Of a DNA stretch of 64,000 nt, positions 18,753 to 30,049 are shown piece by piece. Both the position numbers and the translations under genes were made by a program. The DNA is taken from contig CAVVUS010000011.1 of the NCBI GenBank assembly GCA_963751345.1, positions 1-64,000 on the forward strand, in the 5' to 3' direction. Position 1 is the stretch's first letter. The number at the start of each line of letters is the position of its first letter. The notes beneath the pieces were generated by a model. That model was not told the DNA's origin. It ran no database searches and was given only the letters and a program-made list of their open reading frames with translations. The DNA comes from an uncultured Chloroflexia bacterium. GTDB lineage: Bacteria; Chloroflexota; Anaerolineae; B4-G1; SLSP01.

Positions 18753-19220
18753 ATGCCAGGCGAAGGAGATATCCCAGGAATGGAAGAAAAGACGATGGAT
18801 GCCGATGCTAGAGCGAAAATGACATTCGACTACTACAAGCAGGAACGGGAGGAATTTGCGAACCTTTCACGTGAACGCACTTCACTCTCACTCCAGCTCC
18901 TCGTTATCCTCAGTGCTCTCAGCTACGCGTTCTTTCAGGCTGGTTCGATCGTCGTCAAATGGGGCATCAGCGGAGTTGTTGTGATGCTCGGCCTGATTGG
19001 CTTGGTCACAAACATGAGTCTCGAGAGCGAGATGCGCATACACGTCGCGCGTGCGAGGGCGGCCAGGAAGAGTATCAGCTTTCTCCAAGATTTCGTCGAT
19101 GCAAAGCCGGGGGACCATCAAGGCTCAAAAGGGATCCGCCAAGACAAACTCTACATAGCTCTCATGGTTGTCATCACGCTCGTTGGATTGTTGTATGCCC
19201 TCACCATCATACTCAAATAG
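18753..19220 (+). CDS. Hypothetical membrane protein
   Basis: 155-aa ORF with about 3 hydrophobic segments; SD-like sequences near alternative starts. Confidence 0.7.
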   Translation: MPGEGDIPGMEEKTMDADARAKMTFDYYKQEREEFANLSRERTSLSLQLLVILSALSYAFFQAGSIVVKWGISGVVVMLGLIGLVTNMSLESEMRIHVARARAARKSISFLQDFVDAKPGDHQGSKGIRQDKLYIALMVVITLVGLLYALTIILK

Positions 19221-19396
19221 GGTTTTTCGAATCGGACAGGTTTACATTCGGATCGTTCAGTTGGCCGTCAGCGTGTGATGGTCCGGGATGCGTTCCACCT
19301 CTACGAGGCACGGCTACGCCCAGCTTCTCGCGGTTTATACACACATGTATAGAGAAAGGGCAGGACAATCAGGAGTTCCGGCTCAACTACGCAAGC

Positions 19397-22251
19397 CTAT
19401 CCCGGCGGCAGAAGTCCTAGCGTCTGAGCGCGCATCACGGCCTGTGTGCGACTGTGGACGTCGAGCTTCCCGTAGATGTTGCGGGTGTGGGCTTTGACTG
19501 TGTTCAGCGTCAGGTAGAGTCTGGACGCGATCTCGCGGTTGGTGAGACCCTCGGCGATGAGCTGGAGCACCTCGATCTCACGATCGCTCAGTGGCTCGAG
19601 CAGATCGGAGGACGCGGCGGGCATCACGGCGGGTGAGGCCGGCGCCGCCTCCGCGGTCGGGAACGCCAGGAGGAGCCGGGTAGCGTAGTCGGCGACACCC
19701 CCCTGATTACGCGCTTCCTGAAGCAGGCGGGCCATCGGCAGCCCCCCGTCCAAGAAGACGCGGACGTAGCCGCCGGGTTCGGCAAGGTTCAGGGCGCGCT
19801 CCAATGCGACCAGGGCTGGGGCCGGATGACCAGCAGCCTGCGCGGTCAGTGCCTGAAGGGTCAGAATCTCAATGATCCGCGCCGTGTGCTCCTCTGCTTC
19901 TGCCGCCTCCAGCAGGCGGTTCAACAGCCGGTTGGCCTTCTCCAGTTCGCCCTGCGCGAGCAGAACGCGGGCCAGCACGACGAGCACATGGGTCGACCAG
20001 GAGACGACGACCTCATCTGCGTCCAGGTCTCTGCTCTTCGGCCCACCGGGCGGCGGCCTCAAGTCGGTCGTCCGCCAGCCACACGCGTGCCTTCCAGGCG
20101 GACATGGCCTCCGAGATATTGAACGGCAGACGCTGCTGCGGCGCAATGCCCTCCAGCTCTCGAAGCACGCCCTCTGCCTCTGCGAACCCCCTTGATGGAA
20201 CAGAACCTGTGCCAGCACCAGGTGGCTGAAGCCGGAGAACCCCAGATCTCCTCCCCGGGTCAGGTCCATGCTCTGGTTCGCCAGCACCAGAGCTTGATCG
20301 AGCTCATTCCGGTCGGCCAGCGTCAGTGCCCACAGGGCTAAGGCCCAGCCGTTGAAGATGGTATGGGAGAGCCCGCGCTCGCGAGCGAAGTCCACCTGCT
20401 GCCGGCAGATGTCGATCGTCTCCTGCAGCCGTCCCAACTCTCTCAGGCTGGTGGCTACTTTCAGGTTGGCTATGATCATCGCGAAGGGTCGTCAGGTCTG
20501 CAGGCCTCCGAAGCCGCCAGTCGGACCTGGTAGGCCGCCATCATATCGCCCGTGAAGTAGTGGGCGTCACCCAGAGCAATGACCGCCATATCGCGCCAGG
20601 GGTCATCCTCCGGCAGAGCCGCCATCGCCTCGCCGGCATACTGGATGACCCCGGGCAAGTCCTTCGCCAGGATCCCATCAATGCCCGGATGGCACTCAGC
20701 CTGGCCGACACCTTGGCGTGATCCTCGGCAGAAAGAGGTTCCTGCTGGGGCTGCGATGAGCTCGTGCCGGGGACCGGGCTCGTGTCAAGGCAGGCTTCGG
20801 CAGCCTGGAGAACCTGCCGTGCGGCATGTTCGTGGCCTACTGAGAACAGGAACCAGGCGCGGTAGATGCAGAGCTGTGGTCTTGTGCATAGCCATTCGTC
20901 AGGCAGCCTGGACAGCCAGCGCTGCAGTCTGCTGTGCTCACCCAGGTCCCACATCGTATCGACGTGTTGCTCGATCAACCCGGTGGCCCTGGCGAAGTCA
21001 TTGGCGCGGAAAGCATGTTCCACGGCGTAGTCGACTGAGGCCTTGCTGCTCATACCATTCACTGGCCCGCATGTGTAGCGCAGGCTCCCAATCACCGTGA
21101 GCTTGACGCAAGCGCTGCTCTAGCAGATCTGCAAAGAGGTGGTGGTAGCGATACCAACGTCGTTCGTCGTCTAGCGGCACGACGAAAAGGTTGGCTCGCT
21201 CCAGCTGCTCTAGGATCGCCTGACTGCTGGTCGGTTCCTGAGATCGGTCGGAGGCGGCGATCTCGTCGCAACGTAGGGCGTCACACAAGGGGCCCGTCAA
21301 CTGATCGAGGACAGACGTCCGCAACAGAAATGCCTGGATTTCCTCGGACTGCTGCTCCAGGACCTCTTCAACTAGGTAGTCCAGCACAAAGCGATGGCTA
21401 CCGGAGAAGGAGCGAATGTAGTCAGTGATGTCCTGGCGTCCTTGCGCGGTATCGATCCTGCGCAAGGCAGGGCCTTGCCCTGCAAGGCCCTGCAGAGCTA
21501 GGGCCGCCAGTTGCAGGCCGGCGATCCAGCCCTCGGTGCGGGTTTCGAGCGCCGTGATGTCAGCTGCCGACAGGGCTAGCCCCGCCGCCCGGTTGAGGAA
21601 CTCCGCTGCCTCTGCAGATGTGAAGCGCAAGTCGGCAGCCCGCAGTTCGGTCACCTCTCCGCGTGCGCGCAATCGGGCCAGAGGCACAAGCGGATCCTCG
21701 CGGGTGGTGATCACGATGTGAAGCTGTGGCGGCAGATGGCGGAGCAGAAATGTCACGGCATCGTGGACCGGCTGAGCGTCAATGAGATGATAGTCATCCA
21801 GGACCAGCATGATGAGGCCGGAAAGCGCCGCGACCTCGTTGATCAGACCGGCTAGGATAGCCTCGACCGGCGGCGGCTGCGGTGAGTGAAGGGCGCGCAA
21901 CAGCCCCTGTGCGAGCCCATCGCGAAGGGTCTGCAGCGCCGCGACAACGTAGGTCAGGAAGCGGGTCGGGTCGTTATCGCTTTCGTCCAGCGACAGCCAA
22001 CCGACGGCAATCGGTGGCTCTGTATGAGCCAAGCCGTGGGCCCATTCGGCGACCAGCGTCGTCTTGCCGAAACCTGCCGGTGCCGAAATGAGGGTGAGCT
22101 TGCGTGCCGGAGATCCATCGCGCCAGAGGCCTGAATTGAGAGACGAGATCAGATGCGGGCGCGAGACCAGCCCAGCTCGTGGGGCAGGGGTGTAGAGTTT
22201 CGTACGCAGCAGCGGCACTTCACCGAGAGTGCTGGGGCGCTCGGACACCAT
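19397..22251 (-). CDS. Second MalT-like LuxR regulator, frameshifted (segments 20998-22266, 20541-21095, 20476-20658, 19397-20479)
   Basis: LLRTKLYTP, SAPAGFGKTT, LVLDDYH, C-terminal LSDREIEVL..KAHTRNIYGKL; clear paralog of 14053. Confidence 0.88.
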
Positions 22252-22350
22252 CTCACCTCCCCCCATCCTCGCCTAGGGCCCCACGGCCGCATTGTAGCCG
22301 AGTGTGGATTTGGGGGCAAGCCGCTACCTCCCCTTCTGTGACTCGAAGGC

Positions 22351-22378
22351 TTGCTGCAAATGGACGGAGGCCTATAGT
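22351..22378 (+). promoter_or_regulatory. Sigma70-like promoter of the same GGCC-TATAGT type as in the repeat
   Basis: TTGCTG-16-TATAGT. Confidence 0.45.
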
Positions 22379-22564
22379 GTGGATGATCGCTGCGGTCGGG
22401 AGCCTTGGTCATTGGGTCTCAGTGAAGGAGAGATGTGAGCGGACTATCAGTGCCACGCTTGGCCAAATGGGGCTCCGGCCGACTGATGTTCCGCCTTTCG
22501 ATGGCGCCGGTAGATGTAGGAGAGATAGCGCGGCACAACATCGTGACGCAAACGCATCCTTCCG

Positions 22565-24950
22565 ATGCCATCGGCGTCTCCGCTCGCGGTGAGTCCGTCA
22601 TTCCCGGCGTCTGGTTGGAGGAGGAATAAGGCTTCAGTTGGATGGAATGGGAAGATATACCGCATTGTGGGTGCGATCAGGAGGACGATATGGAGAACAG
22701 ATCATTTTGGATCCTCAGGACCTGGGGAATCCAGTGGACGCAACACTTCCTGGGAGGCCGAGGAGACCTTCCTGACGAGACGACCGGACCTTGGTACGGC
22801 GTGGATTGTCGATCTCAAGGGAACGTCAACGGCCGAGAAGTTGTTCATGCGGACACTGCAGGGCACGATCAACCGCACTGAAGCGCGGCTGTATCTCATC
22901 AATTCTGACAGCACGGAATTCGCAGAGGCAGAGCGATTCTGGATCGAAGAATACGAGAGGCGGGGATGGATCGAGGTCGGAGGGCACCTGAGCATCACCG
23001 AAGCTGTGGAGAAGTACGGTTCTGAGGTCGCCGGATTTGTGGTAGCTTCTGAGGCAGAACCGTGGACGATTCACGCCGCGACCGTCGTCGCCACGCTAGA
23101 GAACGGTGTGGTAGCACCAGATACCGTAGCCGATCGCCTTCGCGATGCCGGATGGCTGGAACTGGACGACGTGCGCGGCAGATGGTCTGATGCTGTCTCT
23201 GCCTACCAAGCAACCGTAGCGAAGTACAGAACCAGACTTGCCTATCCCGGACTGGCGATTCTGAGACACACCGAGAATCTCTGGGATTTCCTTATACAGC
23301 AGGAGATCATGCCGGTCTTTTCGCGGCCAAAGCATGACACCTGGGACGGTGTGGCGGCAATCATGGACTCCTATCCCGATGGGCACGTTCTTTATGGCTA
23401 CGTGTCCGACGATACGGTTGAAGAAGAGATCGCGGTGGAGAGAGCCTCCACCTCGGGCAAATACCTCGTGCCTACCAGCCAAGTCAGCAACCTGTCGTTC
23501 CACGTCGCAGTTCTGGGAAAGTCACCGCTCGCGCCTCTTGAGGAAGAATCCGAGGAGGCTGCTTCCGCAATGCGACGCATCACAGGTCAACGTGGCCATC
23601 GCCATTTCGGATGGGGACAACTTGCAGGTTCCGATCCTTCAGTACCCTCAATCGACGTACTGGAATACCGAAGAGCGCGGCGCCCTCCCCATCGGCTGGA
23701 GTATGGGGGTGAGTCTATCCGTCTTGGCGCCCGGAATCTGGGAGTTCTATCGCAGCACGATCAGGCCAAACGACGACATCGTCTCCATCATGGGCATCGC
23801 TTACGTGCATGCGTCCTCACTCCCCGAGCCGGAGAAATACTACCGGGATACGTTTTCCGCGATGGGAGATGCCGGCATCCATACGCTCTGGTCCCTTGAC
23901 AGCTCTTTGACCATCACCGACGAGCCGTTGTGGCAAGTCCTTGAAGGCGCGCCCGGCAGAGAAGTGCTTCACGGTGTCCTGATCGGCTATGGTCCCAGTA
24001 TTGACAAAGCGTTCCGCAGAGATAGCGGTACACCTGTGCTGATCCCCCAGAATGGCTACTCAGACGATGCCGCACGTATCAAGGCGCGCATCGAAGCGAT
24101 ATTGGCGCTGGATCCGTCCGAGCGGGCTCCGGTGAATTTCTTCATGTCCACCAACTGGAATAGCTCGGCCAGGGACTTGTACGAAGCCCTTGGCCCTCTG
24201 GTCGATAAGGGCGTCCGATTCCTCACGCCATCGCAGGCCCTGGCCTGTATGCCGGATATCAAGGGCATAGCTAGATCAGCATTCGACGCAGACCCATCTC
24301 CCGGTGAGTGCCTGCCCTCCGGGCCTCTCGAACAATTCGGCTCGCCGATTCTCAGCGCTCCCACACTTGCCGGAAGCAGTCAGCCGATCCCGATTCCCGT
24401 TTCAGTTGTGATCGAGGCGACGAAAGCGATCAGCCCCGGAGGAACGATCGACTACACCGCAGTTCTCAAGATCGACGTGAGTGGCATCGCCCGTGACTTT
24501 CTCAAGCATCGTGTACTTCCTGTCGTTGAAAGCTATGGACTAAGCGAGGAGTTCGCTGAGCACGTTTGGATGAGACTGGTCGCATCCAACATTTGCGTCG
24601 ATCTGCCATTGCCCCAAGCCACCCGTGGCGCCGAGATTCTCAGCTTGGAGTCCAGCGGCATCCAGGCCTCAGCGGAGTTCGGCGACGGTTCACTTGTGAT
24701 TGCCCTCGACACCTTTGCATCTGACTCTCGCACAGAGAGCCCGTTGGCGGAGGTGTCAGCAAGCTTCACCGCTGCTCACGATGACCGTGATTCATCGGCT
24801 AAGCTCGAGATGGCACCCGAGTCAGTCACCTTTGATTTCGTGTTGACCGTGGGAATAGGTGAAGAAGACGGGCCTCTCGTCGGTGGCATCAGCGGATCAA
24901 TGGCAGGTCTAGGCGCGAGAAACCTGGCTGAGACCACTGTGAGACAGTAA
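22565..24950 (+). CDS. GxGYxYP-type putative glycoside hydrolase protein, frameshifted near 23570
   Basis: TLQGTINR..RLYL N-terminal domain, SNLSFH, then ISDGDNLQ..RGALPIGWSM in the second frame; start uncertain. Confidence 0.65.
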
Positions 24951-25079
24951 CCCGGGAAGACGGGCACCAGATAGCTATGCAACGGTGAACTGCTGGAGCT
25001 CTCTCTTGCGCAGGTCACGCTGTGGTGCGGCTATCCAGCCGGATGGCGCCCCATCCCCGACGGGCGGCATAGCTGTGGT

Positions 25080-26912
25080 ATGATGGACGTACGGAGGGTC
25101 AGGGCCATGAATCCTAGATCACAGATCGTAAGTTATGTCGGCACAGAGACCGCGAACACCGACTACCATGACGGGCAACTGCGCCCGGCGGTGGGCGTTC
25201 ACACGTATCAGGTTCTGCGCGCCAATCGGCTGCACCCTGAACAGGCAGAGGGGTTCGGATGGACCTACAACCATGCTCCGATGCTCGCCTACTGGAACGA
25301 CCGCTTCTATCTTGAATATCTCAGCAATCCGGTCGGAGAGCACGGCCCACCCGGACAGACACTTCTCACGACTTCCCGAAACGGGCTGCGGTGGGATCCG
25401 CCCCGGGTTGTGTTCCCTGTTATCGACGTGCCGGAAGGCGTGTACCGGGGTTACCCACTGCCGCCACAGAGCCAGGCTGTGATGCACCAGCGTATGGGCT
25501 TCTACGTCGCGCCCGGCGGTCGCCTGCTCGTGCTCGGCTTCTACGGCTGTTCTCCCGTCACGCTCGGCGGACCCAATGACGGCACAGGGCTGGGACGCGT
25601 GGTACGCGAGGTGTATCCCGACGACACCCTGGGTCCGATCTACTTCCTACGCTACAATCGCCACGCCGGTTGGCATGAGACCAATACCCCCTTCCCCTAT
25701 TACGAGACCTCGGGGGACGCCGGATTTGTCGCAGCCTGCCAGGCCCTTCTGTCAGACAAACTGGCGACGCTCCAGTGGTGGGAAGAAGACCGCAGCCCTG
25801 ACGGCTTCTATGCCGTGGAAGGATACAAGGCGCTTTCCTACTATCATCTTCCCGACGGACGGGTCGTCGGGGTCTGGAAGAACTCTAAAGCAGGGATTAG
25901 TGAGGACGAGGGAGAGACCTGGAAGGTGGGGGATGTTCCCTCACTCGTGATGAGCGGGGCCAAGATCTGGGGACAGCGGACACCGGATGGGCGCTATGTC
26001 TTGATCTACAACCCCAGTCCAGACGGGGAGCACCGCTGGCCACTGGCACTCGTCACAGGCGAGGACGGCCTCACCTTCGACGGGTTGCTTCGCGTATGTG
26101 GCGAGGTGCCGCCAAGGCGCTACGTGGGCACCTACAAGGACTTCGGCCAGAACTATGTACGGGGGATCGCCGAAGGTAACGGTCTGCCCCCGGACGGCGG
26201 TCTCTGGGTAGCATACAGTATGAACAAGGAAGACATCTGGGTCAGCCGCGTGCCTACGCCGGTTCGCTCGGTTGTCGAAGGCCCCGTCGATGACACGTTC
26301 GACGACGTCGCCGCGGACGCCGTGATCCCAAACTGGAACATCTACAGTCCCCGCTGGGCGCCGGTCTCCGTCGTGGCCTTTCCTCGCGAGACGGACCGGA
26401 GTTTGGAGTTGAGGGACCAGGATCGTTACGACTATGCCAAGGCCGAGCGTGTTTTTCCCGAGAGCCACCGTGTTACCGTTGAATTCCGCATGAGCGCCCG
26501 CCACACCGGCGTGGGCCAGCTCCAGTTCGAGATTGTGGACGGTCGTGGGGGAGTCGCAGTGCGTCTTGTTTTCGATTCAGGAGGTCTGATCCAGGTCAAA
26601 GGCGCCGGGCACCTGAATCCCGTGGGACTATACTATCCGAAGGTCTGGCATAGGGTGCGGGTCGGGATCGATACCCAGGTGCACCGCTTCAGCCTGACGG
26701 TAGACGACAAGCTCCTTGTCAGCGACGGATCGCTGGCGATGCCGCTTAGGAGTGTAGAACGACTTGTCTTTAGGACAGGTCCGCGCCGGCGCGAGCCGAC
26801 GCTGGATACCAATCGCTTCGACGGCAATGATCTGCCCGACGCCGGTGAACCGGCGATGCCCGCTGTCTTCTGCATCAACTATGTGCGTACCAGCGACCAC
26901 CACCTGGTCTAG
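25080..26912 (+). CDS. GH143-like (BT1020 N-terminal-type) beta-propeller glycosidase
   Basis: DYHDGQLRPAVGVH..VLRANR..GWTYNHAPMLAYWN, MHQRMGFYV, AKIWGQRTPDGRY, YVRGI, YSMNKEDIWV, recalled as resembling B. thetaiotaomicron BT1020. Confidence 0.65.
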   Translation: MMDVRRVRAMNPRSQIVSYVGTETANTDYHDGQLRPAVGVHTYQVLRANRLHPEQAEGFGWTYNHAPMLAYWNDRFYLEYLSNPVGEHGPPGQTLLTTSRNGLRWDPPRVVFPVIDVPEGVYRGYPLPPQSQAVMHQRMGFYVAPGGRLLVLGFYGCSPVTLGGPNDGTGLGRVVREVYPDDTLGPIYFLRYNRHAGWHETNTPFPYYETSGDAGFVAACQALLSDKLATLQWWEEDRSPDGFYAVEGYKALSYYHLPDGRVVGVWKNSKAGISEDEGETWKVGDVPSLVMSGAKIWGQRTPDGRYVLIYNPSPDGEHRWPLALVTGEDGLTFDGLLRVCGEVPPRRYVGTYKDFGQNYVRGIAEGNGLPPDGGLWVAYSMNKEDIWVSRVPTPVRSVVEGPVDDTFDDVAADAVIPNWNIYSPRWAPVSVVAFPRETDRSLELRDQDRYDYAKAERVFPESHRVTVEFRMSARHTGVGQLQFEIVDGRGGVAVRLVFDSGGLIQVKGAGHLNPVGLYYPKVWHRVRVGIDTQVHRFSLTVDDKLLVSDGSLAMPLRSVERLVFRTGPRRREPTLDTNRFDGNDLPDAGEPAMPAVFCINYVRTSDHHLV

Positions 26913-26986
26913 TGGGCTTGGTTAGGGAGTGCTCATTCGCCTATGCTTAACCTGTCTGCAAGGGCCTGTGCTAGACGTCCAACTAT

Positions 26987-27263
26987 CGAACCGAAATGAA
27001 CTCCCCACCCAGACTCAGAGACTAGCAGGAGGATGATGGATGGAGCACCGGTCATTGGGAAGAACCGGTGTTTCGGTCTCACCGATATGCCTGGGAACGA
27101 TGGATTTCGGCGATCGAGCGGATGAGGAGACGTCCGTCACCATCATTGACAAGGCCATCGATGCAGCTGGGGCTCCTATCCGACAAGTACACTGTAGATA
27201 TGGCCGGTGGCGCAGCCTTTCCACCTGACACCCGTGCCGGATCAGGATGGAAGCCCATCCCAA
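26987..27263 (+). pseudogene. Internally deleted duplicate of the aldo/keto reductase at 34537
   Basis: Leader and 5' codons (MEHRSLGRTGVSVSPICLGTM) match 34483-34665 and are joined directly to LLSDKYTVDMAGGAAFPPDTRAGSGWKPI, which matches ~35165-35260. Confidence 0.85.
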
Positions 27264-27625
27264 GGCGAGTTCTCGGCCTCGTCGTCCTGATGACCGTAGT
27301 CTGGAGTCGCGTATACTACGCCCCGCTCTTTGGCATAGGCGGGGTCATCATCCTGGCCTCCTTCTTCTCAATCGTTTGGCTGTGGATGAAGAAGGTCGTG
27401 ACGCTCGACAAGCAGGAGAGGACCGCCAGCGAGTTCAAGTTGGTCGGGTATCTCTTCTGGATGAATGCGACCTGGTTCCTCTGTGGGGAAACTGGAAAGC
27501 TGCACCTCAAAGCGTTCGCCGGCGACCCTGCGCCAAGCCCCATCGAGATCATGGTCTTCCTCGTCTTGGGTTGGCTCTTTGTGCTCGTTGGTGAGTACAT
27601 AGCTGCGCGGCTGAAGAAGAGCTGA
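27264..27625 (+). pseudogene. C-terminal part of a hypothetical membrane protein fused to the AKR remnant
   Basis: Four hydrophobic segments, no independent start. Confidence 0.5.
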
Positions 27626-27987
27626 CGCAGAGGTCGCAGAAACGGGTAGGCACGCGCCCCCTGGATGGTCCGACCTCGAATTCGAGATGCTTATGGTCAA
27701 AGGGACGAGCAAGATGGTGCTGGATCTCGTCTTGCTTGCGGCGGGAGCTCTCCCGCACGGCGCGTCGCCTTGGACCCAACGGGGCGGGTAAGACGACGAT
27801 CAAGCTCCTGATGGTGCAGGACCTGGGCTGGGTCTTTGATGCCAGAGTCGGCCTGCACATCGACGTCTTCCCGTCCGCCTTCGTCTCGGAACACGATCCG
27901 GTGTCGTTCATGATGCCCGTCAAGCGCGCGACGAAGGCTGAAAACTGCTAACCTGACCGGGAGCCGCTTCCGGTTGCGGCGAGGGCG

Positions 27988-28752
27988 TCAGTCGACAGGC
28001 CGGCGCATCACCGTGTAGCCGTCGCGTACCTCGATGGGCAGGAATCCGCGTGCCTCATACATTGACCGTGGGCCGCGGAAATGGCCGGCGTCGCTCTCTT
28101 CGGGGTCGTTGTGGGGATACCCCTCGATCCACGACGCACCACGGGATGAAGCATCCGCGATAACCCGATCCAGCAGTGCCGAGGCGATCCCGTGTCGCCG
28201 GAACGGCGGCGCTATGACGAAGCACGACACCCCGATCACCGATAGTGGTTTGGGTCCGTCAGGATCGACAAGCCGGTAGAGCCCGTAGTCGGAGCGCAGT
28301 GAGGCGTTGACCCAGCCAACGGGTCGATCGTTGATGTATGCGAGATAGCCAACGGTCGTGCCGATACCGAGTCGCTTGACCACAGCCGCCCTTGTCTCGC
28401 GCCATGCGCGTTCTGGTTGCTCGGGTGTCGCCGGTACGTGGGGTTCGAGGCAGTAGCACGAGGCCCAGTCAGGGTTACCGGCAAAGGCGTCGTGGTCGAA
28501 AAAGTGAAGCCAGTCGTCAATGCGGCTGTCGGTCACTGGGTGAATCGTGACGTGGCCGATCTCGGACAGTCGTTCGGTGCCCCCGGTGAGCCGCTCGACC
28601 GCCTCCGCGTAGTTCTGTGCGTAGTTGCGGATCGACTCCTCGGGGTACGACCAGTTATGGACTTGCCGCCCGTGAGCTACGAAAGCGCCGGCGATGGTGT
28701 TCAGGTCATCCGACTCGATCAACGCATCACACTCGAAGCACTTCACTTTCAT
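27988..28752 (-). CDS. GNAT family N-acetyltransferase
   Basis: WASCYC, CFVIAPPFRRHGIASALL, IEGYP, FRGPRSMYEARGF. Confidence 0.88.
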   Translation of the reverse strand: MKVKCFECDALIESDDLNTIAGAFVAHGRQVHNWSYPEESIRNYAQNYAEAVERLTGGTERLSEIGHVTIHPVTDSRIDDWLHFFDHDAFAGNPDWASCYCLEPHVPATPEQPERAWRETRAAVVKRLGIGTTVGYLAYINDRPVGWVNASLRSDYGLYRLVDPDGPKPLSVIGVSCFVIAPPFRRHGIASALLDRVIADASSRGASWIEGYPHNDPEESDAGHFRGPRSMYEARGFLPIEVRDGYTVMRRPVD

Positions 28753-29031
28753 CGTCTTTCTCCTTCCCTACATCTGTAGTATATCCTTTTGTCGAGCTTC
28801 GATCAACAGGAAACGGATGACGCGAACCCTGGCTCTGCCCTCAACACCCGCCGTCTTGCTAATGCCTCCGGGACGCGAACTCGCTGTGTACCACGGACGC
28901 CACGGTGCCTGGATCCTTAGTGCCGACTCGTGATTCTCACTCTTGACGATGGCGATGTCTGGCCAGCGAGCTGTCAGCAAGTTCTCACACCACTCCGGCT
29001 TGCCGAGGGCAACACCTACCCGTTTAGGTCA

Positions 29032-29059
29032 TTGACACACCACCGCTATCAAATACAAT
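29032..29059 (+). promoter_or_regulatory. Sigma70-like promoter of the ECF-ade operon
   Basis: TTGACA-16-TACAAT. Confidence 0.55.
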
Positions 29060-29200
29060 CGTCATGTAGGCATGTTGCCCCGATCCTTTTGCTGTTTGTG
29101 AAAGGAGGCACTATCGAGAAAACCAGACACGATGTCCTTCCTGATCATTGAGTCCATTATCCGTTCATTCACTCATCAGGGCATCAAGAAGGAGAACGAC

Positions 29201-29965
29201 ATGTCCTGGCTAACAGCACTTCCGAAAGCAATCACCAAAAAACCGTTGCTCCCTATTCTGGCTGTTGTATTCTTACTTGCCGCCATTTTCGGTGGGCGTG
29301 CGGGTATTGCCGTCATCTTCAACGCCATTCTGTGGGGGGCCTTCGTCTACTTCCTGATAGCTTTTTTCCTCAATTGGGCGCGGGAAGCCGGTGCGACTGC
29401 CTTTGTCAATTCCTACACGACACGCGATGTGGTGGTGATGGCGGCTTTGATCGCCATCGGGGGTATTGCCAAAGCTTACTGGGGGCAGCTCCGCATGGTG
29501 CTGGAGTCCGCGTTTGGACCGTATGGTGAATTCATCATTGGTCCCGGCTTCTATATCTGGGGTATTCTCGCCTGCAATCTGGTCCGCAAGCCCTTGAGCG
29601 GGACCATCAGTATGACCATCGGCAGTGCCGTGGAAATCCTGGCTGGAAATCCCTTTGGATTGCCGGTATTCCTCTTCAACTTCTGGGAAGGTTTTGGTCC
29701 TGACATTTCCTATAACTTCATCTTCAGGAACAAGCGTTATGATCTGCTGGTCGCCATCATTGGTGGCATCCTATCGGCGGATCTGGGACTGGTGTATGGC
29801 TGGTTCTATTTCGGATTCAGCCAGCTGCCGGCCCTGGCCTTCATCATCTACGTGATTGAGGTGACCCTCTCCGGTGTGGCTGCCGGCATCATCGGGTACT
29901 ATCTCGCGAAGGCACTGGAGCGCATCGGTGTGAAAGCACCGTCAGCAGCCGTGATTGAACCATAA
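29201..29965 (+). CDS. ECF transporter S component (YkoE-like) with an N-terminal membrane extension
   Basis: YTTRDVVVMAAL, LVRKPLSG, VEILAGNPFG, EGFGPDISY; directly upstream of EcfA/EcfT genes; SD AAGGAG. Confidence 0.8.
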   Translation: MSWLTALPKAITKKPLLPILAVVFLLAAIFGGRAGIAVIFNAILWGAFVYFLIAFFLNWAREAGATAFVNSYTTRDVVVMAALIAIGGIAKAYWGQLRMVLESAFGPYGEFIIGPGFYIWGILACNLVRKPLSGTISMTIGSAVEILAGNPFGLPVFLFNFWEGFGPDISYNFIFRNKRYDLLVAIIGGILSADLGLVYGWFYFGFSQLPALAFIIYVIEVTLSGVAAGIIGYYLAKALERIGVKAPSAAVIEP

Positions 29966-30049
29966 TCTCTCCTGACTGTACAAGGGGTTGTACCTTATCA
30001 GCCCAGGCCACGTAAGGTACAACCCCTTTTTTGTTGAAAGGACGTCACT

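Noticed and set aside
28930-29200. Purine or TPP riboswitch upstream of the ECF-ade operon
   Set aside because: The conserved cores (e.g. GGATATGG/TTTCTACC or CTGAGA..GATAATGC) are not visible.
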